Part shown: piece by piece, positions 13,215 through 23,300 of the stretch
How positions within the stretch are numbered: position 1 is the stretch's first letter
How the letters are laid out: the number at the start of each line of letters is the position of its first letter
Origin: a virus
Lineage: Duplodnaviria; Heunggongvirae; Uroviricota; Caudoviricetes
Virus record (IMG/VR): IMGVR_UViG_2740892229_000011
Length of the DNA: 64,000 bases
Strand: one strand, 5' to 3'
Notes under the pieces: generated by a model
Databases searched by the model: none
Seen by the model: only the letters and a program-made list of their open reading frames with translations
Told to the model about the DNA's origin: nothing
Made by a program: the position numbers and the translations under genes

Positions 13215-13290
13215 GCCGGTTTAGCTCAGTTGGTAGAGCGCCTGCCTTGTAAGCAGGATGTCAGCGGTTCGATCCCGTTAACCGGCACCA
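13215..13290 (+). tRNA. tRNA-Thr (anticodon TGT)
   Basis: Acceptor gccggtt/aaccggc, D-arm tagctcagttggtagagc, anticodon loop ctTGTaa, T-loop ttcgatc, CCA encoded; 4-nt spacer from tRNA-Tyr. Confidence 0.8.
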
Positions 13291-13291
13291 A

Positions 13292-13380
13292 CACAACAGG
13301 TAAGAGCATTGGGCGAATCGGCGATACTGACCCACAAGCCCGTAAATCGATAGAGTCAGACCAGTGCTCTTACCGTTGTG
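13292..13380 (+). repeat. Long inverted-repeat hairpin element E2
   Basis: Arms cacaacaggtaagagca / tgctcttaccgttgtg enclosing about 56 nt, directly after tRNA-Thr. Confidence 0.5.
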
Positions 13381-13426
13381 AGGAAGTGCAGCTCTTTGAA
13401 GCAACCAGAAGATAAGCATCTGGCTT

Positions 13427-13510
13427 CACAACACAACGATAAGATCATTACGGTTAATCGTCGTTCATGTGCACAATGACTGGTCGAAAGGTAGTGATCT
13501 TACCGTTGTG
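13427..13510 (+). repeat. Long inverted-repeat hairpin element E3
   Basis: Arms cacaacgataagatca / tgatcttaccgttgtg; the 3' arm is near-identical to that of E2. Confidence 0.5.
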
Positions 13511-13610
13511 ATGAATGCACAGGCTGATGTGCCGCAACTACAGTAGTGCGCGCTTTGCGGGGCTTGCTACAACCCTGTGTCGGAGTTCAGCACCGACCAT
13601 CACAATAGCT

Positions 13611-13697
13611 GGAGAGTAGGGAGCATGGTGCTCAAGCGGTCTTGAAATCCGTCCCATTGTGCAAACGATGATGGTTCGATTCCATTACTCTCCGCCA
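13611..13697 (+). tRNA. tRNA-like element, type II (possible tRNA-Ser, anticodon TGA) with weak anticodon stem
   Basis: Acceptor ggagagt/actctcc, T-arm gatggTTCGATTccatt, CCA encoded, loop cTTGAaa; the anticodon stem is only 4 bp plus a U-U, so function is uncertain. Confidence 0.4.
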
Positions 13698-13699
13698 GA

Positions 13700-13777
13700 C
13701 ACAGCGTTGAGCGGTTTGGCCTTTTAATCACCCAGATTAAGACTCCGCTAACATAAACCAGACCGCTCAACGCTGTG
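13700..13777 (+). repeat. Long inverted-repeat hairpin element E4
   Basis: Perfect 16-bp arms cacagcgttgagcggt / accgctcaacgctgtg enclosing about 46 nt. Confidence 0.5.
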
Positions 13778-13918
13778 ATAGACAATTACGGCAGACGTTC
13801 TTAACCATAGCTTGCTAACATCCTAGCAACACTTTTTTTCAGCGCAAAATTCAAAGGGGCTTCGGCCCCTTTTTTGCAACTGAAAGAGTCAAGTCTACGA
13901 ACTTTGTAGGAAGAAATA

Positions 13919-14269
13919 ATGACCAGCAAAGAGAACACACCACTAAAAGTCACCCCTGAACACATTGAACAACTCATTCAAAGTGAACATTATTTCACTG
14001 CATATGATGCCAGCCACGGGGATAACTTCATCTCTGTTTACAATTCAAAAACAGATATCGACAAAGGTCATGAGTCGTTAAAACTCTTAACGTTCTGCGT
14101 TATGGTTCTCAAAAATGGATATACCGTAACGGGAAAATCTGCGTGCGTAAGACCAGAAATCTTCAACTTTGATGTTGGTCGCGAGTACGCTCGAAAAGAT
14201 GCTATCGATCAAATCTGGCCACTGGAAGGCTATCTCCTGAAGCAAAAGTGGCATGAGGCAAAGCAATGA
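13919..14269 (+). CDS. hypothetical phage protein (Gp49-like family suspected)
   Basis: 116-aa ORF with SD AGGAAG; motif LTFCVMVLKNGYTVTGKSACV resembles the phage Gp49 family. Confidence 0.4.
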   Translation: MTSKENTPLKVTPEHIEQLIQSEHYFTAYDASHGDNFISVYNSKTDIDKGHESLKLLTFCVMVLKNGYTVTGKSACVRPEIFNFDVGREYARKDAIDQIWPLEGYLLKQKWHEAKQ

Positions 14270-14511
14270 CGATCACTATCTACGGACGAGATAACTGCTC
14301 ATACTGCAAACGTGCAGTCGAGCTGGCGAAGCAACTAAAGGGACATGGCTACGGTGATTATGAGTACATCGACATCACCACTGCCGGTATCGACAAGGAA
14401 AAACTAAGTGAAATTGTTGGTAAACCGGTAGAGACTATCCCCAAGGTGCTGATCGATGGCCAGCCGATTGGCGGATACACAGAACTGGCTGCATACGTCA
14501 GCACCCTCTGA
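14266..14511 (+). CDS. glutaredoxin-like protein (NrdH/T4 NrdC-like)
   Basis: CSYC active-site motif near the N-terminus; 81 aa; followed by a stem-loop plus T-run at 14518-14545. Confidence 0.65.
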   Translation: MTITIYGRDNCSYCKRAVELAKQLKGHGYGDYEYIDITTAGIDKEKLSEIVGKPVETIPKVLIDGQPIGGYTELAAYVSTL

Positions 14512-14675
14512 TTTTAACGGCTCACAGGAGCCGTTTTTATTCCCACCAAACTCACTCCCATTTCCCTTAAAATTCAAAAAACAACGTCAAAATGATTCCA
14601 TACCTACTATGTATGGAATCATTGCTGAAAATGAGTTACTTTTACTCTTGATCCTATAAGAATCTATGCCTAATA

Positions 14676-14695
14676 TACTGTTTACTTATACAGTG
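14676..14695. promoter_or_regulatory. LexA (SOS) box-like palindrome upstream of the recombinase gene
   Basis: TACTGTTTACTTATACAGTG matches CTGT-N8-ACAG with an AT-rich centre; 26 bp upstream of the ATG at 14722. Confidence 0.5.
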
Positions 14696-14721
14696 CATCG
14701 GCGTAACTCGGTGATTGTCAT

Positions 14722-15825
14722 ATGAAAAATAGCTTTGACAGAGCACGCGCTGCGGAGAACACCTCAAAAGAGGCGATAGAGTATCTCGAAAGAGCATCTC
14801 AAATGCAGGCCGTTATGATCTCCCAGGTCAGCAATGACATGAGATTCTCGGACGCATTCATGTTATTCACTCGCTTATCTCTGCTGATAACCAGACGTCG
14901 GCCAGAGATCGCTGTTCATTGTATTTTGATACATGTTTTGCCGCACATTGCCGATGTAAAAGTAAGTGACATTAATAGGTTCATGGTGAACCAACTGGTC
15001 AACCCACTAATACTGGATGGCAAAATTGTTATGGGCCGCCGCGTTTTCTCTCTGATGAAGCAGTTCCTTAGCTGGTGCGCCTTCCAGGGGATGATAGACG
15101 TGTCACCGTTAAACGATATGTCACTTAACAAAGTTGCCGGTGGCGCAAAGCCCACACCTCGCGAGCGGAAGCTGACCGACGCAGAGGTATGGGTGTTCTG
15201 GAATATATGGGACTACTTCAATGTGTGTGCTGGTACAAAATGGGCGGCCAGGCTATGTCTTGTATCCGCAAGACGACCTGACGAAGTACTGCGGGCTAAA
15301 AAAAGTGAGTTCAATCTTAAGCGTGGGGTTTGGAATCAAGGCAAGAGGAACAAATCTGCCCGTGAGCATTCTCTGCCTTTAAGCTCATTAATGCGCACTT
15401 GTATTGAAGAGTTGTTCGAATATGGTAAAGACAGCCAGTGGCTCGTGCCTTCGAATAAAAAAATCGGGAAAGACCTTCCTATGTCTAAAGTGGCAATAGC
15501 CCAGGCATTACGTCGTATTCTGGAACGACCAGAACTGATGGAGCTTGAGCCATTTACACCCCGAGATTTGCGCCGTACTGCGCGTAGTTACTTCCCAGCA
15601 TTAGGCATAAGCCAGGAGGTATCACGTAAAATCATGAACCACAGTCTTGAGGGGATAGATCGGGTCTACGACCGGCACGATTATATGGACGAGATGCGAG
15701 ACGCCTTAGAAAGTTTCTCGACGTACATCGCATCAATCGTAGAGCAACCGGATTTAGACGAAATTGACCACAAATTTAAGGGAGATCGTCTATCAACAGA
15801 GCTTATTCGTGTAAATTTTTCATAG
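14722..15825 (+). CDS. tyrosine site-specific recombinase / integrase (P4-like family)
   Basis: C-terminal catalytic region FTPRDLRRTARSYF ... KIMNHS ... RVYDRHDY (R, RxxR, H and Y positions of tyrosine recombinases; the usual H of the HxxR box is R here). Confidence 0.7.
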   Translation: MKNSFDRARAAENTSKEAIEYLERASQMQAVMISQVSNDMRFSDAFMLFTRLSLLITRRRPEIAVHCILIHVLPHIADVKVSDINRFMVNQLVNPLILDGKIVMGRRVFSLMKQFLSWCAFQGMIDVSPLNDMSLNKVAGGAKPTPRERKLTDAEVWVFWNIWDYFNVCAGTKWAARLCLVSARRPDEVLRAKKSEFNLKRGVWNQGKRNKSAREHSLPLSSLMRTCIEELFEYGKDSQWLVPSNKKIGKDLPMSKVAIAQALRRILERPELMELEPFTPRDLRRTARSYFPALGISQEVSRKIMNHSLEGIDRVYDRHDYMDEMRDALESFSTYIASIVEQPDLDEIDHKFKGDRLSTELIRVNFS

Positions 15826-16206
15826 AGACTTTATGGCCTCAACAACCTTTTGTGATGCGCCTTTCTCTTTACCGAATCGCTCGTTATATGCAGCAAGAAC
15901 CTGTTTTTCGTCCTCGTTAAGAGGAGCAGTGCCTTCTTTGTATAAAAATGCTGCGAGTTCGGGTTGGCGTTCTTCCAGCACCATCATCATAAGACGACTT
16001 GGCTCAATACCCAGTGCCAGCGCCAGCGGACGAACCTTATCGATAGGCAAAGGAATTTTGCCGCTTTTAATTAAAGAAAGGTTGTTGGCGTTTTTATACC
16101 CAATTGTTTTGGCTATCTGGGCCTGGCTCATAGGTGAGGATTCAATCAACCCTGCGATAAAAGCAGCGTAGCGACTTTCTATAAATTCAATCTTGTTATC
16201 AGACAT
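15820..16206 (-). CDS. XRE-family HTH transcriptional regulator (repressor-like)
   Basis: Helix-turn-helix MSQAQIAKTIGYKNANNLSLIKSGK; divergent from downstream genes, with a 250-bp intergenic region. Confidence 0.55.
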   Translation of the reverse strand: MSDNKIEFIESRYAAFIAGLIESSPMSQAQIAKTIGYKNANNLSLIKSGKIPLPIDKVRPLALALGIEPSRLMMMVLEERQPELAAFLYKEGTAPLNEDEKQVLAAYNERFGKEKGASQKVVEAIKSL

Positions 16207-16457
16207 GGTTACAACCTTTGCGCGTTCAATTCTCTCTGGTAAGTGCTTACCGATATTACATCAAAGGTTAGGGTTGTAAAGCTATTATCATTTTTTTCGA
16301 TAGGCACTTAAAAGACCGGTTAAAGGCCATTGCACGGAGAAAAATTAGCCCAAAACAGGTAAGAAAATCAACTTGCATATGATATGAATGTATTCAGTAT
16401 TGATACAAATTTTAGTAGTATTCCTTACCATAGTATAAGTTAGAATGGATTGATTGA

Positions 16458-16670
16458 ATGAACACCACTATTTCCAGCCTAATCGCTCTTGAGATCGGAC
16501 ACGTACAGAAATTAGCTGATGAGTGTGTAGCTGACATCCTCACCGATCTACCGAATGAGCAGATTCAGGTTGGTGTGAATGACACAACTGGATTTATATT
16601 CGAACTTAACAACAAACGCTTCACGCTTCTCAATACCGGCTCCGGGTCTTTAGCCGTCAGAATCTGTTAA
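16458..16670 (+). CDS. hypothetical small protein
   Basis: 70-aa ORF divergent from the XRE regulator; followed by a 9-bp-stem palindrome. Confidence 0.3.
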   Translation: MNTTISSLIALEIGHVQKLADECVADILTDLPNEQIQVGVNDTTGFIFELNNKRFTLLNTGSGSLAVRIC

Positions 16671-16768
16671 CCCCTCTTCTCCCTGCGCGAATGGCTTAGT
16701 TCCCTGTTCGCGCAGTGCTACATTAAACACACTAGTAAATAATTTGTTTTCATAACAAAGGATTAGCC

Positions 16769-18877
16769 ATGTCTAAAAAACGTTCCATCAAAGAGGTTCA
16801 GGACTTCCGTGACAGTGTAAAACGAGTAGTCGCTCTCCTTTCAGGTAAAAACATCCCTGTTGCAGAACGAGGGGACGACGCTTATGTATGCTATAACGAT
16901 GATGGAGAGCCAATTCTCGTAAACATCCCATCAATCCCGGATAACGCAACACCGGCATTGATGAATGCTGTGCGCGGATTTCTCGATCATGAGGTTGCTC
17001 ACATTTTGTTTACCGATATTCGTGTGTCCAACAAAATGAGAGAAAAAGGACGCGTTCCTTCCTGGTCGCTATGGAATGCCTTAGAAGACGTGTTCATCGA
17101 GCGAAAAATGGGTCAGGTCTTTAACGGAACAAGACGTAATCTGATGGCAACTCAGCGCCTTATAATCGAAAAAGTCTTTAAACCAAAGGCTTCAGAGGCT
17201 ATTGCTTATTGTGGCAAAGATCAGCGCGCGCTTTTTCTAAACTTCTTTCTCTGTCCGGTTGTAAGAGCCTGGGATGGCCAAGCACCGTTCGTAGATTTCA
17301 TGGATGAATATTGGCCTGTCATTGAGAAACCAATTTCATTATTAAAAGAACATGGTATCGATGTGGCCGTGCGTAACATGTCTTGCACCGAGGATTGTGT
17401 AAAGGTGGCTGCGACCATAGCTAAGATCCTCAAAGACACTGAAAGTGAAAGCAAAGGTAAGGAGTCAGCTCCGGGAAAAACTTCCGATCCTTCAGACGCT
17501 GAACAGACGGATGCCTCTGGAGAAAACAATGAAGATAACGAAGATCATGAGACACCCTCAGCGTTAGATAATCACAAATCTATCAAATCAGAATCACACA
17601 GTAAGCACAAACATGATAATAACGACGGTGATGATTCAGATAATTCTGAATCATCAGAAACAATATTCGATGATACAGAAAATGATAAAGAGGTATCAGA
17701 TTCTGATGCTTCTGATAACGCGGTGTCAGAATCATTTACCGCTGACCACGAAAAAAGAAAAACGACAGAAGACGGCTCTTCAGATATCCCAACTCCGTCA
17801 AAAATGAGTCTGGAAGAGGCTTTAGAGGAGCTGGATAGCATAGAAGATGAAGTCGGAGGCATGACAGAAGATGCTCTATCCGAAACGATTAAAAGCGAGT
17901 TAACAGAAAGCTCGAAAAGCGAATACAGGCCATACAATCGCTCATACGACTTCATCGGCTCGATTGATCAGGCAGAAGCCCATATCAAACGGCTTATTAA
18001 AACATTCTCCGATATTGATTTAGGAGGATATCCAATCAGCCGCTATCGCATCGTTCCTGAAGGCAACCAGCTCTTCGACAAATATATTGAAAAGCATCTT
18101 TCGTCAGGTGTTTCGTCGACGCTGGCAAAAGACCTGGAGCGAGCAATAGCAAGCAGAAACAGAGTTCAGTTTATACCGGGCCAGCGTCGGGGGCGCATTC
18201 ATGGTTCTAGTATCTACAGATTAGCAATGAATGATGATCGCGTGTTTCGTAAAAAAGAAGAATCTAAAGCCGTTAACGCCTGTGTTCAACAAGTGATTGA
18301 TTTATCAGGTTCAATGAGTGGTATAACGATACAATTGGCTCTTGCAAGTGCATATACCATCGCCGATGCCCTTGATCGAATAAATGTTCCCAACATTATC
18401 ACCGGCTTCACTACATTTGGTAGTCATATGGCGGCAGGAGAACTTAAGGCTGTCAAGTATGAGTTCTCTCGCTTTGAATCTTTAATGCTACCTATCATCA
18501 AAAATTGGAATGAAAAGGTAAATTCTCGCGAAGTTCGCTCACGTATGGGGTGCGTAGGCTACACATTCCCACTTCTTAATAACGTGGATGGTGAAAGCAT
18601 AGCCAGCCTTGCATCGTTATTTTCCGGTCGCATGGAGGACAGGAAGATCATGCTTGTTCTGAGTGATGGCGCGCCGTGGGCTGTTGGGAGAGGTTTTGAC
18701 GCTCATTTGCGTTCGGTTGCGAAGCAAATTGAAACGCAGACTGACATTGATTTGATGGCAATTGGCATCATGACTGACGCACCGGAGAGATTTTACTCAA
18801 ATCATGCCCTGGTAACGAGCGTTGATAGTCTTGGTTCATCTGTAGTTACTGAACTATCTCGTATCATTTTGAAGTGA
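16769..18877 (+). CDS. CobT-like protein: N-terminal HExxH region, acidic linker, C-terminal vWA domain
   Basis: HEVAH motif; long D/E/S-rich central stretch; vWA MIDAS motif DLSGSMSG and VLSDGAPW; conserved TIR. Confidence 0.6.
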   Translation: MSKKRSIKEVQDFRDSVKRVVALLSGKNIPVAERGDDAYVCYNDDGEPILVNIPSIPDNATPALMNAVRGFLDHEVAHILFTDIRVSNKMREKGRVPSWSLWNALEDVFIERKMGQVFNGTRRNLMATQRLIIEKVFKPKASEAIAYCGKDQRALFLNFFLCPVVRAWDGQAPFVDFMDEYWPVIEKPISLLKEHGIDVAVRNMSCTEDCVKVAATIAKILKDTESESKGKESAPGKTSDPSDAEQTDASGENNEDNEDHETPSALDNHKSIKSESHSKHKHDNNDGDDSDNSESSETIFDDTENDKEVSDSDASDNAVSESFTADHEKRKTTEDGSSDIPTPSKMSLEEALEELDSIEDEVGGMTEDALSETIKSELTESSKSEYRPYNRSYDFIGSIDQAEAHIKRLIKTFSDIDLGGYPISRYRIVPEGNQLFDKYIEKHLSSGVSSTLAKDLERAIASRNRVQFIPGQRRGRIHGSSIYRLAMNDDRVFRKKEESKAVNACVQQVIDLSGSMSGITIQLALASAYTIADALDRINVPNIITGFTTFGSHMAAGELKAVKYEFSRFESLMLPIIKNWNEKVNSREVRSRMGCVGYTFPLLNNVDGESIASLASLFSGRMEDRKIMLVLSDGAPWAVGRGFDAHLRSVAKQIETQTDIDLMAIGIMTDAPERFYSNHALVTSVDSLGSSVVTELSRIILK

Positions 18878-18972
18878 ATAAAACAGCCTTAATGATAAGT
18901 AACCACTTACGATAGTTAATGGTATATTTATATAAGAAGTTGAACGCTCATTAGAGAACAAAGGAAAAACGC

Positions 18973-20208
18973 ATGACGACTACTGCACTGCAAAATGAAA
19001 AAAATCATTCTGATTACCTTGTTTGCAAGTGGTGCGGCAAATCATTTCACTATTTTAAGTCCCATGTAGCCAATGGTAATTGCGAGGGCATTCCTGAGTC
19101 AGTAAAAGATGCCGATCCTGACACCGTACTGAAAATGTACACAACGCAGTTTCCAGATGAGCCAACGCTATCGAAAAAGGCACTTGATGCAATTCAAGCT
19201 AAACGTGCCGAGCAAAAAAGCGAAATGGCCAAATCTTCTGGCTTGACCAGTAGCCCTGGCTACACAGGCACAGTTGAGTACAAGACAGATCTGGTCGCAG
19301 CTCACGAACTGCTAAACGTAACGGTGGAAGAACTCGGAACAAAACGTGGGACGCCGCTCATGGTTAGCGTCAACGTCAATACGCCGTATCCAGAGTTCGT
19401 TCCAGAAGTGAAGAAGGGCTACGTATATGGCGACTTCGAACTGATCAAAGATATTTTCATGATGCTTGAACTTGGCATACCTGGCTATTTGTGGGGTCAT
19501 GCAGGAACAGGCAAATCGTCATTGCCTACACAGCTATGTGCTTTGCTCAATCGTCCGTTGATCCGTGCCCAACATACAGCATCAATGGAAGAGGCACATG
19601 TTACGGGGCAAATTCTGGCGCGTGATGGCTCTACGTATTTCGAGCCTGGCTTGCTTGCGCTCGCAATGAAGCATGGCTGGGTTTACCTCGCGGATGAATA
19701 CGACTTTGCGTTTCCACAGATTCTTGGCGTGTATCAGCCAGTGCTGGAAGGTGAAGCGTTGGTCATCAAAGAGGCGACTCCAGAATGGCGTCGCATTACT
19801 CCGCATGAACGGTTTGCTTTCATTGGCACTGGCAACACGAACGGATCTGGTGATGAAACCGGCTTGTACCAGGGTACAAACATCCAGAACGCCGCGAACT
19901 TTTCGCGTTTTGGCATCGTTTCGAATGTGAAATACATGAGCAAAGAGGCAGAGATCAACATGTTGATAAATGCCGGTATCGTGGGTGAATACGCAGAAAA
20001 GATGGTTAAGTTTGCCGGTATCGTTCGCGATGGATACGAAGAACACCTTATCAGTCAGCCAATTGGCCCTCGTGAACTTTTGTTGTCGGCCAAGATTGGA
20101 ATGATGCGAGGCGACTTTGTGACAGGTATTGAGCGTTCTTTCATTAACAAACTCCCTTCAGCTTCTGCACAAGCGGCTCGTGAAGTTGTTCAAAAAATAT
20201 TTGGTTGA
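18973..20208 (+). CDS. CobS/MoxR-like AAA+ ATPase with N-terminal Cys-rich extension
   Basis: Walker A GHAGTGKSS, Walker B VYLADEYD; N-terminal CKWCGKSFHYFKSHVANGNC zinc-ribbon-like motif. Confidence 0.65.
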   Translation: MTTTALQNEKNHSDYLVCKWCGKSFHYFKSHVANGNCEGIPESVKDADPDTVLKMYTTQFPDEPTLSKKALDAIQAKRAEQKSEMAKSSGLTSSPGYTGTVEYKTDLVAAHELLNVTVEELGTKRGTPLMVSVNVNTPYPEFVPEVKKGYVYGDFELIKDIFMMLELGIPGYLWGHAGTGKSSLPTQLCALLNRPLIRAQHTASMEEAHVTGQILARDGSTYFEPGLLALAMKHGWVYLADEYDFAFPQILGVYQPVLEGEALVIKEATPEWRRITPHERFAFIGTGNTNGSGDETGLYQGTNIQNAANFSRFGIVSNVKYMSKEAEINMLINAGIVGEYAEKMVKFAGIVRDGYEEHLISQPIGPRELLLSAKIGMMRGDFVTGIERSFINKLPSASAQAAREVVQKIFG

Positions 20209-20388
20209 TCGTGCGTAAAGGATGTTTCGGCTCTCTTATCGCTGCTTCTGAAACTGGTAAGGCTTGTCTGGTGTGTCCAGACAAGCCTGATTGTCACCAA
20301 TCAGCAAAAGAAGTTGCGATTTCGATGCATGGGAAGTTCGTAGGCTTCCCAAATGACAAAATCAAAAAAACCAGAAAGGTAAAAACAC

Positions 20389-23300
20389 ATGAAGGCACTG
20401 ATGGTTCGAACTGACTTCTCACTTGGGGAGTCGGCTTTAAAAGCAGAAAACGCGGTGAAGATTGCCAGAGAAGCTGGCTACACCGCTGTAATTTCAGCAG
20501 ATAGCATGAATATTGCGAGTGTTATTCCACTACAACGTGCCGCTGGTGACGACATGGCGGTTATTTGTGGTGTGAAACTAAATATCGTTGATGATCCCAC
20601 ATACGAGCACCGGGCTAAACTTGCTAAAGAATCTAAGGGATGTATGGAATCATTAGAGCGAGGACGTAACTACTCGTTTACCGCTCTAATTAAAAATGAG
20701 AAAGGATATCGCGACATCTGCGAACTAATGACGGCGGCCAACACACGAGAACAGTTCTACTTTGTACCGCGTCTCTCGCTCGAACAGTTGGTTTCTACAT
20801 ATGCCAAAGGCAACATCATCCTGCTTACTTCCGACATCGGTAGCGTGTTCCAACGCAACGATTTTGCAAAAATCATAAGCACACTGATTACAGCGGGTGG
20901 AAAAGACAACTTCTATAGTGTGGTTTATCCGCACCCTACCCCATTCTACGACCAGATTAACGTCCGGGCGATGAAAGTCGCCAGCGCATTGAAAATAGAG
21001 CCAGTGGCGTTCTATCCCGCTTATTACGAATCGATCGACGATGCAGACATTAAAGACATTGCGCACATGGTTACGAACAACATCAAAATCGACCAGCCGC
21101 ATCGTCTGCGTATCCCCCACCAGCGAGATAACGCCGTCAATGGTCGCCGCCATCTCCTTGAGGCGCTTAAAGCCTTCTCCGTTCGCATGGATGTGCCGGT
21201 AACAGCTGCAATGGCCTCAACAACGCAGGATACCATTATCGATGCCTGCACATGGCGCTGGCATGAATTGCCGCCAGCACTGCCAAAGATGGCAGACGAC
21301 GAGCCTGCAACGCTTATGAAACTGGCTGTTGCAGGGCTGCGTAAACGTCTTACCACAAAAGAGTTTGGCTACACACCACCTGCTTCTGAGAACAGGGTTT
21401 ATGTTGAGCGGCTAAAGTACGAAATGGACACGCTGACTCGCCTGGGATTTTGTGGTTACTTCCTGATGGTACGCGATCTGATGAATCACAGCCGTGAAAC
21501 TGGCATTCCTGTCGGGCCTGGTCGTGGTTCCTCCGCTGGCTCTTTGGTGGCATGGTGCATAGGCATAACCAACGTCGACCCTATCCGTCACGGTCTTCTG
21601 TTTGAACGTTTCATCAACCCTGAGCGTCTCGACTTGCCAGATGCGGATTTGGACTTCAGCCAGGCACGTCGCCATGAGGTGATCGAGTATCTGAATGAAC
21701 GATACGGCGAAGATTACGTTGCGGGTATTCCGAACTTCACATATCTGGGCGCAGCCTCTGCACTACGTGACACCGCTCGTATTTATGGTGTGGAGTCCGC
21801 AGATATGGCGGTATCAAAAGAGCTGAGGAACGTCGAGGATGATAGCCTTCCATTGGAAGAGCTGCGCGAACAACTGGCAAGTCTCGACAAATACGCGACA
21901 AAATACCCTGATGCATTCAATGCTGCCTGCAAGTTACAAAGTCTTATGCGTGGCTTTGGTAGACATGCGGCAGGGATGATCGTAGCAGGTGTTCCTCTGA
22001 CAGAACGTACACCGGTTGAACGCCGTGGTGACGCGCGTTGTATCGCATTTGACAAGCGTTACTGCGAGGCTATGGGCCTAATTAAGCTGGACGTACTTGG
22101 TCTGGCAACTCTCGATTTGCTCGATAGTGCAAAACGCTACATAAAAGAGAACACAGGTGAAGATATCAATCTTGATGCCATTTCTCTTGAAGATCGCAAG
22201 GTGCTGGATGGTTTTGCTGCTGGGTACACTCAAGGTGTTTTCCAGCTTGAATCAGGCCCAATGCGCAAGCTGCTTAAAGATTTAGGTGGTGGAATTGAGC
22301 CAATGAGCTTTAAAACGGTCGTTGCTACGACTGCGCTCTTCCGGCCGGGGCCAATTCAGTCAGGCATGTTGGATGATTATGTTTCTGTCGCCAAAGGCTT
22401 TATGACGCCGGAATCATTACACCCCGTTCTTGATGAACTTACCGCAGAAACAAATGGCGTGATTCTCTATCAGGAACAGACGATGAACGCGACTCGATTG
22501 CTTGCCGGCTTCACAATGGCTGAAGCTGACGGTGTTCGTAAAGCGATCGGCAAAAAAGACATGGAGAAAATGAAGAGCATGGGTGAGAAGTTCATCGTTC
22601 AGGCTCAAGCTGGCTGGATCGACGTTGAGCTGGAAGATGGCACTACACAGCGCATTCACCGTGCGGAACATTTTAAATGCGAAGACGGAACTCTGAAAAC
22701 TGTCGAAGAGGCACTTGAGTTCGGTGCAAAACTACCTATAAACGCAGTACGCGTTACAGCGTCACATCCAGGGCTATCAGAGATGAAAGCGAAGGAGATC
22801 TGGACCGCATTCGAAAAGAATGGTGCCTACCAGTTCAACAAATCACACTCTGTTGCTTACTCCTTAATCAGTTATCAATCTATGTGGTTGAAAACTCATT
22901 ATCCCGCAGAGTTTTTCGCTGCTGCTCTCACTATTCTTGGCGAAGATAAACACCAGGGGCTGGTTAAAGATGCGCTGACCTATGGTATTCGCGTATTGCC
23001 ACCAGACGTTAACGTGTCATCTAACCGAATCGAGATCCGCACGCTTGAAGATGGCAGCCAGGTGCTGTATGCGCCCTTCTCTGCTGTGAAGGGGTGTTCT
23101 GAGAATGGCTGCCAGGCCATCATGAGAGCGCGAGAAAAGGTTGGCGGCAAATTCGAGTCACTTGCGCAATTCGAAGAAGCTGTCGAGAAACGTGCCTGTA
23201 ATAGTCGAGTGCGCGAATCGCTGCAAAAAGTAGGGGCGTTTGCATCCATCGAGCCAGGTAGTCTGCCAGCAACTGATCCAGAGCGCCTCCGCGACCAGGC

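Noticed and set aside
13044-13290. tRNA genes as host chromosomal integration target (attB)
   Set aside because: The three tRNAs are separated by only 4-5 nt, differ from the E. coli Asn/Tyr/Thr tRNAs as recalled, and sit inside element-type sequence on both sides. They are better explained as an element-encoded tRNA array.
12991-13415. Track ORFs 12991-13173 (minus), 13070-13252 (plus), 13173-13415 (plus) and 13600-13785 (minus)
   Set aside because: They overlap tRNA genes and hairpin elements, lack ribosome-binding sites, and translate to low-complexity sequence; considered spurious.
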